A stretch of DNA of 64,000 nt from Daphnia carinata (lineage: Eukaryota). Shown here piece by piece: positions 14,916-26,900 of this stretch (position 1 is its first letter; each line of letters starts with the position of its first letter). Under the pieces are notes generated by a model that saw nothing but the letters and a program-made list of their open reading frames with translations, made no database searches and was not told the origin of the DNA. The DNA lies in contig NC_081333.1 of the NCBI RefSeq assembly GCF_022539665.2, positions 7,130,001 to 7,194,000 on the forward strand, given 5' to 3'. The translations under genes were made by a program, and so were the position numbers.

Positions 14916-17900
14916 GTTAAAAAAAAATAAATAAAAAATAATTTGGAAAAAGTTCCACAATACAAATTCCGAGTGGGAAAATAAAAAGTTACGCTTTAGA
15001 AAGGTGTTTTTTTTTTCCCGTGCGATGTTTAAAAAATGTATCCAGTTCTAACGAACGCGTGTATCCAAGTGAGAAACAAATGAAATGGGAAAAAAAAAAA
15101 AAGGAAAAGCACATTTATTTTAAATGACTCATCGCCAAAACGCAGAATAAAACAAAGATTGGTTGTTAAAGACACCATTATTCAATAACGTACGGATGAA
15201 TTTTAAATAAATAAATAAATAAATAAAAAGGATATACTCTTCGGTAATAAAAAATGTAAATCAACTAAGGAGTTTCTTGATGTTTCATTGAATAAAAAAA
15301 CGACGCTACACAAATCATTAAGTTGAAACCATCGCTATGTAAATCAAACTAAAGAGAACACGAACGTTTTAAAAAGAATTTTAGGTCTCCTAATTTTGTT
15401 TTCATTTTGGCCCAGAGCACTGATTTAATGTTATCTTTCGTCTATGGGATGCGATCCATTTTTATTTTATTTTATTTTTTTTTTTTTCAAAAGGCAAACC
15501 AACGGCAACCCACGAGACAATGTCTGCTCATCAGCAAACAAGCAGAAAGCTGACAATTTGGCCATCATCAAGTAAGATGCAATGGCTGGTTGAGAAGGGA
15601 GCAAGAAAGAAAAAAAAAAAAACGCACGTTCGGAAACATGTCAATCGATAAAATAATGAACTACATAAGCCACTGGATTGTATTCTCAAGTCTTGGCACG
15701 TACGCTCGCCATCCTTCAACTTAAAGACACGACCCCTGATCTGTGTGACTGAATGCAAGACTGTTCTTCTATTAAATAGATTCTTTTTAATTAGACGCCT
15801 ATTCAAACATTCGCCCCTTTTCTAGTTGGGTTAATTTGCCTTACAAAACGTCTCGTTGTCCAATCACGCCTTTCGTTCCATCTTTCAATGCCTTCCTTCA
15901 AGAATTTTTGCCACTTGAATCGCCAGAAAACTAGAATCCAAATTGGCTCAATTTCTGATATTTTCCTGTTTGTTTTTTTTTTTCTTTTTAAATAAAAACA
16001 ATTTAGCTACACGATCTGTTAATTTGTTTTTGCTCCCCTAGTTGCCAAACCAATCAGGTATTTCATTAATCGGATTCCCTAGTCGATTTAAAGCAAAAAA
16101 AAAAAAAAAAAAGAAACTGGGATCCCGCGCTCGTCATCACGGCGTTTTTTCTCTCGCTGCCAAAAACCAAAACCGCGTTACTCTTCCATCGAATATTATT
16201 CCATTGAGAGTTTTCCGAGGCTATCGAGTATCGTTGTTTGCTGTATCTGAGCTGATAGAAAAGAGAGAGAAAAAAAAAAAAAAAAACTTCATGCGCTTCA
16301 TCTGTTTTTGTTCCTCTCTCGGCCGAGGCCGATGTTATTGTACGTCTGGCTAAGCTGCTGCATCAGACGGTACTGGATTAATCTCCATTAGCCGCATTAT
16401 ACGCAGAAACTTTCAGTGGCAAGGCAAAATACAAAAAAAAAAAAAAAAGGGGAAGTGCCTAACAGCTGATAATGGGCAACACGGGCAAAAAAAAAAAAAA
16501 AAAAAACGTATTTTATAACGTGAGTGGGAAATGGGAGTAGAGTAATGCACTAGTCGGATGTGCTAGTACAGAAGATGCGGGGGAAAGTTCTTGTTTGTTT
16601 TGTTTTGTTTTTTCCCCCAACACAACAATAACGAACACCCGTATCAGAAATAAGGTTAAACTATTTCCAGGTACGCAATAGATGAAAGGAATTTTGTAAA
16701 AAAAAAAAAAAAAAAACAGATGCTACTAGGGGATGGATAAGATACAGCAAAAAATAAAGAGGAAAGATGTTTTTCGTTCGTGAATTAGATTCGTGAAATT
16801 TTATCCGTTTTACGATGAAAATGTTAATTTTGTTTGTTTTTTTTGCTCCCCTGTAGCATATGAGGATAAAACGTTAATATAATAAAGCAAAAGTCAATCA
16901 TCTAAGTGTGCCATGTCCGATTGGATGTTACAGACAGTTTCTCTTCGGCTACGGAGCTTCTGCTACATAATTTCACTGACAGTTGTGGCGGAACTCTTCT
17001 TTTTCGTACGCATACACAATCATTTTTATGTATACACGTACGTACATAGGCAGGCCACACACATACACACACGAAATGTCGTGTTTCATTTATTTTTTTT
17101 TTCCCTCTGCCTTTTCTTGCAGCGATGGAAGAACAGCTGAGACGTTTCAAAACATAAAGAGGTTTAAAAAGAAAAAAAAAAATTCGATAAAGAATATCAT
17201 CCCGGGGGCTATTTGGGTGACACTAACACAGAAACACGGCGCAAGAACATCCTGATACAAGGATTGCTACTGCAGATATGCAAAGATCAGCAGCGACAGA
17301 AGCCCGTCATAAATCATCCTCCGCGCCAAATGTGAATATCGAATGTAAAGATACACATGTTCTCGTGACCGCCAAACATCGAACGCCCCGGGACATGTCC
17401 TACTCGTCAACCGTGTCCCGGTCCGAGCGACACGATTACGCGCACACAAAATCCTGTGACAGGAAATCAACATTTCTCGACATGTGGAGTGGACAGAGGG
17501 TGGCGAAGGGATATAAGGGTGGGGGGGGGAGGGGAATCAAAGCATTGAAACCAATCTGTTCATAGCCGCTAGGTAAAATGGAATAATAGACGAACGGAAT
17601 CGCGTATTCGTGTTATCGTCTTCGTCTCAATAGCGGACCTCAATTCTTTTTTTTTTTTTTTTTAGCGAAAGCCCGTGGACAACCCAAAAGGCAACCAAAA
17701 CAAAGTAAGAAAAACTTAAGTGTGTAAGAGTAATTTTGAAAAAAAAAAAAAAAAAAAAGATAATTGCGCTCAAAGATAAAAAGAGAAACGAGTTTGAAGT
17801 GCGCGCATCACAGCGTCAAAGTGCGTGAATAGCCAACGGTTCTCTGGCATTTAGATGTTCAACAAAGTCACAAATTCAAATGAAAAGCAAATAAAGCGGC

Positions 17901-20900
17901 AAAAATTGTTCATTTTCATCATCTAATATGTTGACGAAAAAATCAATCGTTCGAGCAAGGCTGTCGAAACGTGGCGAAAAAAAGAGGTAAAACGAGTGAC
18001 AAAGCTAATTGCTGAACGCCATTGGCGATAGAATAAAAAAAAAACAAAGAAAATTGGCCTAATTGATTGACAAACAGGCAGACGCAATCGTAAATCGATA
18101 AATTCGTTTTTCGAGATGGCGTTTAAAACGAATTTTTTTTTTTTCCTTTCCTTTCGCACATACGATCCTAAACGAGCGATGCAACTGGTGGGGTAGCTCG
18201 TGAGTTTGTTCCGCTCGGTTAAACATAGTGGCGCAAGTAAGCGTGCACGCGATCCACAGAAGAGGATAGACGGGCTAAAAGACAAGAGGCGGTTTTTGAC
18301 TGAGGAAAACATTTGTCACGCGGGTCACGGTCCCGTTGTAAGAGTGTAGACAAGCGATTGGCGTGTTTTCTCTCTATGACCCCCGCCTTTGTGTGTTTGA
18401 ATGCCTCGTTTCTTTTTTTTTTCCCTAACCATCTATTTCGTACTCGCCATTTTCTCTTCCGGTGGGATCGACTCACGCGCCGCGCTTCAAACATTTGCTT
18501 CCACAGTCGTTAACTTTTGGCTTTTTTTTTTAAAGAGAGTAATAAAGAAGAAAACTGCTTGCCTTTCTCGTCTGTTCTTTTAACTTTGTTTGTGTGACGT
18601 AACTATTCATATAGGCAAATAAACAAGTGCATAGCGATTTAAGAGAAAACTCGCTTTCTGTTTCCAGTTCTGAGAATGAGACGCTCGTTTGTCTGATATA
18701 ACGTACGATCCCTACGCTAGCCATATTCACTTAAAAAATGCATCAGAAACCAAAAAGAAATTGGCGGTAAACACAGCGCAAGCGTTCATCTTCCCGAATC
18801 AACAAGAACTGGTAAATACATACATAGACATCAAACTTTTTCAAATTCAATTTTTCACGCGGGCGATAAACAAAACAAAAAGCCGTAAATCGTTGAACGA
18901 GAAACAAGCCACTTTAAAGCTTCGACAGTCATTGATGTCGCCAAAGAAAAACAGGTTCCTTTATTCTATTTCGCATTCTAATCTGCCGCCACACCTTTTC
19001 TTATTTTCTAAAGCGAAACGGGCTAATCAGCAGCCGCTAAACGGTGCGACAATCTAATGACATAGTTACGCAAGGAGAAACAGCAGCAAAACAACCAACG
19101 TCGACGATGAAAACTCCCCATATCTGCAACGTGTAACCGAGGAGAAAAGATAAAGAAAAACAAAACAAAAACAAAGCGCATTTAACTTTAAAAAAAAAAA
19201 AAGGGGTCTTCCGCCTTAGCACCTGTTCGAGTTCCCGCAGTCAACAAAGCAACACACTTGCTCGTTGAACCAAATCAAATTGGGTCAGATCGGCACGGGA
19301 TCATCGCCAGCTTACGGCAGGCCTAAAGCTATAACCTGCCGGCTATTATTAATTCATCTCGAATCGTGTTTCTCTCTCTCTCTTGGCCACATTGTCTTAT
19401 TCTTTTTGAAAGTAGGACTGTATTTAATGTAAGCAATATCTTTTCTATACACACACGAAAAAAAAAAAAAAATAAATACCTGAGAATTATGAGCTAGTCT
19501 TCTTGGTTGTTCATTTTTTTTTAGGAAGGAAGGAAGGAGACGTCATGGGAAAGCTGAAATGACAATGGGAAAAAAAAACAAGAAAAAATGCCGATGGAAT
19601 AAAGAAGAAAAAGTGCCGTCAGTAGGAAAGGAAACCCAGTAGAGACATTAAGTTTTCTCTCTTTTTTTTTTTTCAGCCATTCTCTCATCTGCATACGCGG
19701 TACTGTAGCACACAAGGGAAAATGATGGCTCGGCAATAACAAGACAAATATAACCACTACATGAAACAAAAAAAAAAAAAGACGGAACAAACCCAAAGAC
19801 CTGAAGAACAGAAAAAAAAAAATAAAAAAAAAAAAAGAAAGAGTGGACGGCACAGATGACGCCCTACAAAAAAAAAAAAAAAAAAAGGATTTCCGCCAGC
19901 AGTGAGCCGGGTGCTGAGGAAGAAATCCGACAAACACGGAGAAGAGCAATAGGAGTTTTTCGATTTTTTGTTTCTTTCCGTTTCTCTAGTTATTTTCTTT
20001 TTTAGAGAAAAACAATGTAGACAACGACATACTGAACTGCCATTGACGGAAAAATGAAAAACCTGTCGGAAAAGGACTCAACAGATGTTTGTACAAAACG
20101 CATAACAACAGCGAAAGTCTAACAGTGTGGCCACTTGTTTCCGAGAAACGACGATGAGTGTGTTCAACATTCCGAATCGAACAAAATGGAACGACAAAAC
20201 GAGAAGGGATTCGTCAATCAAACAACTTACCAGGCAGCAGATTTTTGGCGGAATCAATTTATCAAGTCACTGGGACGAAAAGAGAAACGCGAATCGTTTT
20301 CGTTCGTTTTCCCTCGTGAGTGCGGCTGACGCGTTTGACGTCCCTTTTGTAGTGAAGATTTTTTGTATTTTTATTTTTGTATTTTTTTTTTTTTTTTCGA
20401 GTTTTCCGGGCTTTCCTTCTACAAGTCAGTAGCTGACAATCCTACAACAATAGCACCCAATTTTTTTGTTTGCATCGAGGAAAATAAAAAAGAAAAAAAA
20501 AAAAAAGCTTCCGATTTTCAACGGATCCGGAACCGACAACCGCACGAAACGGTCCGACACACACAGACACGATCACACAGCGAAACACAGACGAGGACAC
20601 GGTGAACGTAAAAAGAAACACACACACATATACACACGGAACTAAATAAGCTTAACAGCTCGAATGTCTCTCATAGTTTGTTTTCTTCGTCTGTGTCTCT
20701 TTGGAAATTAACAATAAACATCACAATCAAATTGCCTGACAAAGTCGAACTTTAATTGGAAAAAAAAAAATATGATAATCCGCACGGAGTTAACCCTCCA
20801 AAGAAGGTCACCCCCTTGTGAAAAAAAAAAAAATGCACTTGGAAAAAAACACGAGAACAGGTGAAATGTCAGAGGGGGCAATTCTTTAAACATCGACGGA

Positions 20901-23900
20901 CTTGAAACAATTTGAACGGCACCTCTTTCTAGACGCGTCCGCTCGGGCATCGACTCGGACCACCAACTGACGGGAGTTAAAGTCGAGAGAGACCGAACGA
21001 ATGGCTCCAGGGAAGAAGAGGAGGAGGACACACGGCAAACACTAGTTTTCTAGCAAAGAAAAAAAAAAAAAAAGAATCTCCCACCCTACCGCCACCCCAT
21101 CCCTCCCGCATGACATCAGAGACCGCGCACGCCTCACGGGGAGTCCGCGAACCGCGCCGCTTCACTGCGCCCGCCCGCCCCTTCGAGAACTTCTTTTTAT
21201 CTCCTCGAGTTTAACTAGGAACACACAGCACACCGCGTGTACTTCTCCAAATGAGTTGGAACAACAGGGAAAAAGGCAGTGAGCGAGCGCAGATGGTCCT
21301 TTTTTTTTCTTCTCTTTTTTCGAGACTCAGGCGGGTTGGTTTCGAAACCCGCACGAAAAATAATAAGCCTACTAACCACCGCCGGTAGTAGTATGAAGGC
21401 TAGGTGGTACGGCCGACTGTTGAGTGTGTGCTTGCAAACGACCTCGAACGCAACCAGGTATATCAACGAACAGCACAAGAAAGAGAGAGAGAGACATATA
21501 CGTGCACTTGTACACGAAAGCGAAAAGAGGGGATAATGCTGACAAGTATATAATCTCATTCTTAAATAGTGGAAGAAAAGATCTATGCAATTTATTGCTC
21601 AGCTCTTTTGCCGATGGGCTCTACAATTGAAAGAAATCGATATGCAATTTGAATTTCCTGCCAAATTTAAATACTGTTGTTGATATACCTGCCATGTGGT
21701 ATAAGATTAATGTTTTTCGTTTTCCCTATTCTTAAAAAAAAAAAAAAAAACAAAAAAAAAAACAAAAAAACCAATTCTTTAGTTATTCCTCCATTCTCCT
21801 TCCTTGGCCTGTTTTTCCTTTCGATTTTTCTTTCTCTTTCCCGTCGTGTGTGTGTGTGTGTGTGTGTGCGATACCCAGAACGGATTTTTCTTGAAACCCC
21901 AAAAGAGAAAGAGCCGCACCTCACAATGACGTGGTGGCTATCGACACCTTTTCCTTTTGCCTCAGATTCATACGCTCTTCTTCTTTCTTGGTTTCATTCT
22001 CTACAGAGAAAAAAAAAAAAAAAGAAAATCTTTGGAAGAAAATAAAACAAAACGTATGAGAAACACAGCAGCCACTGCTGTACAACACCCGAAGTCTTTG
22101 GCCAGCAACGGTGCCAAAAAAAAAAAAAAAAAAAAGTACAAAGGTAATTTTCTTGTAGCCCGTCCTGGGGATCCAGCATCCAACATCAACCAAAAGCAAC
22201 AACAAAAAAAAAAAAAAGACTTTCTGCTAGTACCTTGATCCCATTTAGATCCAACCAATTTTGTTGTTGTTTCTTTGCCTACAGTCACGTGATGCCAGCG
22301 GATCCTCACGACGTCGTTCATCATCCTTTCCCAACGAAAAGAAAAAAAAAAAACAAGCATCAGATCGAACGGATATAATAAGCTACGCATACCGTGTCGC
22401 ATAATCTGACCGGGCGTGATTATTTGCAACACACGACGACGACGTCGACCACCATCGCGCGTAAAATGAGGGGAAAAGAAAACCTGGCACTCCTTGCCTT
22501 TGCCCTTCAGCCGTTTTTCATGTCTGTTTACAGATTGTTTTCCATTCCGTATTTCCGACTAGCGCATTGGGTTGGGCCCTTTTTTTTTTTTTTACTTCCT
22601 CCATCTCTCTATTTTTTTTACGAACATACATAAAGAATTATCGACTTCGTGAATTTTTCTCGAATGCTATTGATTACTCTTTCGTCCATTGGAAAATGAA
22701 CCAAACGGGTTTCAAACTGTCGGCGAGCAACGAAGTCGAAGATCGACATGTTTTTTTTTTGTTTTTTTTAATTCTTTAAAGATGGTATTTTAAATAGGTT
22801 GCCGAAGAGAAAATGGCATAGCCACGAGAGAAGTTTGAAATAGCCATTCGTGGTTTTCCATTTGCTTGGATCGCCACAGTCCTGCGCTAACTTATACTCG
22901 CAAGTTTTTTTTTTGTTTGTTTTTTTCTCGAGTCCCCTTTTCTTTGGGTACGTACAGAAGGAGCTTCGGTTCACCGAAGATGAGTACCGCAACAAGAATG
23001 TAAGGAACTGGAAATCGGAACCGAAAATCCCACGGTCTGTTTTTATAATTGAAATGAATCCTCCTTGATAACGTCTTCTTTTGTGTTACGACACTGCAGT
23101 AAAATAGACTTTCTCTAGCACAAGACGCCAAGACCGACTTCATGTTTTAAAAAAAGAAAATAAAAAAAAAAAAAAATGAAAGAAAAAAAAGCGAAAAGAA
23201 ATGAAAATAACGTGGCAACAAAAACAACAACAACGCATTGTTATCATTTCTTTTTGATCTAGAAAATACAATTGCTTGTACGGTGGGCTAAAATCCCTCC
23301 CCTAGTCTCTTTCAATTTCAACAGAAAAACAAAATTAAAATGAGATCTAACAATTACGTTCGCTGCAGCAGCCAATCTAGTCGGATAATCATAAGAGCCA
23401 AAATGAACAACAGACTGTCCCGCAGACAAAAGAAATTATTTTTTTTTTTTTTTTTTTTGAATTCAAAATTCCTGATTGCATTTCATGTTTCAATTAGCCG
23501 AAAACCTTTGCCCCGCCCACACACGACGATCCTATTTCTAAAGTTAGAAAAACCAATAAGAGGAGGCCAATTCAGTTGAGCGAAAATCCCATCGATGATT
23601 GTCAAGAATCCGGATGACTCTCGCACGACTCCGCTTCCTCAGCAGGCGGGTTCGGCTGTTAGACGCCCACCAAAACGCCTTCGACAATCTTTTCTTTTTC
23701 TTTTTTTTCTTTTTTCTCCCTCTCCCTTTCCCCTCGTGCGATGGTAGATGTACTCACATTCGTCTCTGTCAAGTGAATAGACAGAGAGGTTGGGTTTTCG
23801 ACGCTTACAACCTCTCCTTAAACCGCTACTTATTCGCCAACAGCAGCAATAACACGACGCACATTCACAAGAAAAGGCCGGAGCCCGTCATGTCCGCCAT

Positions 23901-26900
23901 CGTCTCAAAAACTTGAGACGTGCCACTTGACAGAATCCATTTAACTGGAGTCGACGTGAGTAAAAAAAAAAAAAAAAAAAAGGAAAGAAATACGTTGGCG
24001 AACAACTGACGATCGATCGAAAACTTTCAATCAAGACGGTGACTGTGAAATTGGTAAAAAAAAAAAAAAAAAAAAAAGAATCGACACTCACGCAAACATG
24101 TTTGCAACCATGAAGCATCGCAACTCGATAAGACGTACTGAGATGTTGAATGTCCAATTGCCCATTCACTCTTGTTCTTAGGCGGAACAAAAATAATAAT
24201 AAAAAAAATGGAGAATAAAAGCTCGAAAAGAAAAAAGTAGGCACTCCTTCGAAAAATACCATTGGCGTGGCAATGAAGAGACGGGCGATTTTTAGAAGGC
24301 AAGATGAAGAGAGCTGGAATATAACGGGCACACACGAGAGACGCTTTCCTTGTGCCATACACGACTTTTACGGCCAAACACATATCAAGAAGGCAGCAGG
24401 AGGTCCGTCATCATAACACACCAATGTTACGTATTACTACGTAGTGGACGAATAGGTCCATAAGGCAACATGAAAAAAAAAAAAGAAAAATAAGAGTCAG
24501 TCCGTCGTTACATCCGCTTCCATACTAATGCAGCCAGGGATTTGCTCGTGCGCTGTATGAGTAGATCGTGGCGGACATACGTGATGGGCTTTTTTTTTTT
24601 CGAGTTATTTTTCTTCGTTGGACGCTATTCGCTTATCAGCAGGGAAACAGTCCCACTTCTTTTGTTTTAGTATATTTCTTTCAAACGCGAGTGTGTGTGT
24701 GTGTGTGTGTGTGGTTGGCATAAAACGTTGAGACGAGACAGGGCCTATTGCCAATCCAAAGAAAATTTGAAAAAGGAAAGGCATTAAAAGCGTGGGGGGA
24801 CGAGCGAACATCTGACAGGTGTCAACACCTTGCCCAACATTTTATCGCTAGAAAATTTTTTTTTTTTTTTTTTTTTTTTAAAGCTCTGTGGTGTAGAAAG
24901 AAATATTGTAAAACATCTTGCGGCTCTCGCATAACGCCTCGACCAAATCCGAAAATGTCATTAGCTATATTCAAAAAAGCTTTGATTCAAAAGTTTTCTT
25001 TTTTCAATGGCCTTTAAACGAACGAAAGAGCTGAAAAAGGTGTTCAGTAAATTCAGGTAAATCGGTTGAAATGGGACGACTGATGAGCAGTGATTATTTA
25101 CGTTAGGTGCCTCACCGGACAAGGGCGTTACATCGGAAAACAAAAAAAAAAATCTTTCATCATTTTTCGGATAGTGTGGCACCTAACGTCAAGCTTGGCA
25201 AGAGCTCAAAATTTGGAAAACTAACCACACAAACGGAGAGAATCGGCACAAATAGAAAAGAAAACAAACTGCTCGAGTAGATTCAACTCGTCAGACACAA
25301 GAGCTAGCTTCACTGCCATAATTGGTGTGTTTTTAGCCTCGAAAGAAGAACTTTCCGCATGAGGGCGAAAAACGACGGGCCACACGGGAAAAAGAAGAAC
25401 AAACCAAAAAGAAAAAAAAAACAAAAAACAAATTACATAACTCAAAGATCCAGTGAACCGATCGACGGTTTCGTACCGCCGATCTCGCAAATAATCGGGC
25501 GTGCGTACAACACGTGTTTCGTCTCCAGAAAAATAAAAAAAACAAAAAGGCACGGCTCCAAAAGGCGAAAAACACACGTACAGCAAATTCGATACAACAC
25601 TAGAAAAAGAAGTGTGTTCTCTTCGTTGCGAGTGTTTTTCGCTTTATTAACAACAGCTAGAAACGGCGCCAGTGATTCGTGAACGCATCCACAGTCCGTC
25701 TACGCCAGCGAGAGCAACCGAGCGTTGAACAGTCTTTACAACAAGAATTATTGCATCATCATCAGTAGCACTCTGACGGGAAGAAGTAAAGCACTCACGC
25801 TACAGGCCAATCAGTTCTGGATTAAACGATTCTCCTCCCCCTTTTTCTTTTCATTTCGACAGACTAAAGACCGTCCCCCCCCCCCTTCTAAAAAAACAAG
25901 GGTGGGAGTCGAAAATTACCCGCCATTTCTAATACCATCCTTTTCTCTTCTTTTGTCAATGTGATTTAGAATTTTCGCCATCTTTTTTTCGCACGCTTTT
26001 CGCATGAAACTCTAAAGGTATTTGAAGATATTCAAGTGACACTCAGGGATGAACAAAAAAAAAATGCCGTTAAGTTACTTCTACTAGACAAACTTTGAAT
26101 AAACAGAGGGAACTTCATGAAAAAAAAAAGCCGGGAGAAGTTCTAGAAACAAGACGCTACGTATATCATAGATTACCATTGATTACGAGAAGTACCGTAG
26201 GCATGTATAATAACAATAGTTTTCGAATAAATTAGCCGTGAGAAGCATCAAACCAGTTTCAAAATACTTCGAAATAATACGATATTAAAGATATCAATGG
26301 ATACGGGATAGTCCTTGAAACGCCATCTCACATGTGTGCAAGGTTACCCAACAATTGGCAAAATTCTTGTTTAACCACTGTTCTAGTAGCATGGACGGTA
26401 GGAAAGACTCAAAATAATACAACCATCCATGTTGGTACATGGAAAACACGCAGAGCAAAGAGGAAATGGGTACCGAAACTCGCAAGAAAATGCAACTTAC
26501 TTTGTGCAGGCTGAGGCGCCCTTTCTGGGTGACCGGTCACGTTGCCGACACTGTCGTCTATTACGATGTTCACCCCATTGGCAATGCAAAGTTCAGCAGA
26601 GAGCACAAGAAAATGTCTTGCCACCACATCTTGTCGTAGGAAATAAGTTCAAATACACGAGGAAATGTTGTATAACTTTTCAGTTCAAAAGGTTAGCCAC
26701 TAATTTAAAGCAACTCCAGTCTCATGACTAACGTTCGGCCTCCTCAGCAGAACTATTGTGTAGCCTCAGCCAACGTTGCCGACACTAATCGCGATGTTAC
26801 CGAATTCCTAATTCATCAACGAGCATTTAAAAATATTTGGCATCGTGTCTTCCATTCCCAGCCCTCGTCGACACCCGCCTTTTGCCAACAATAGCCCGTC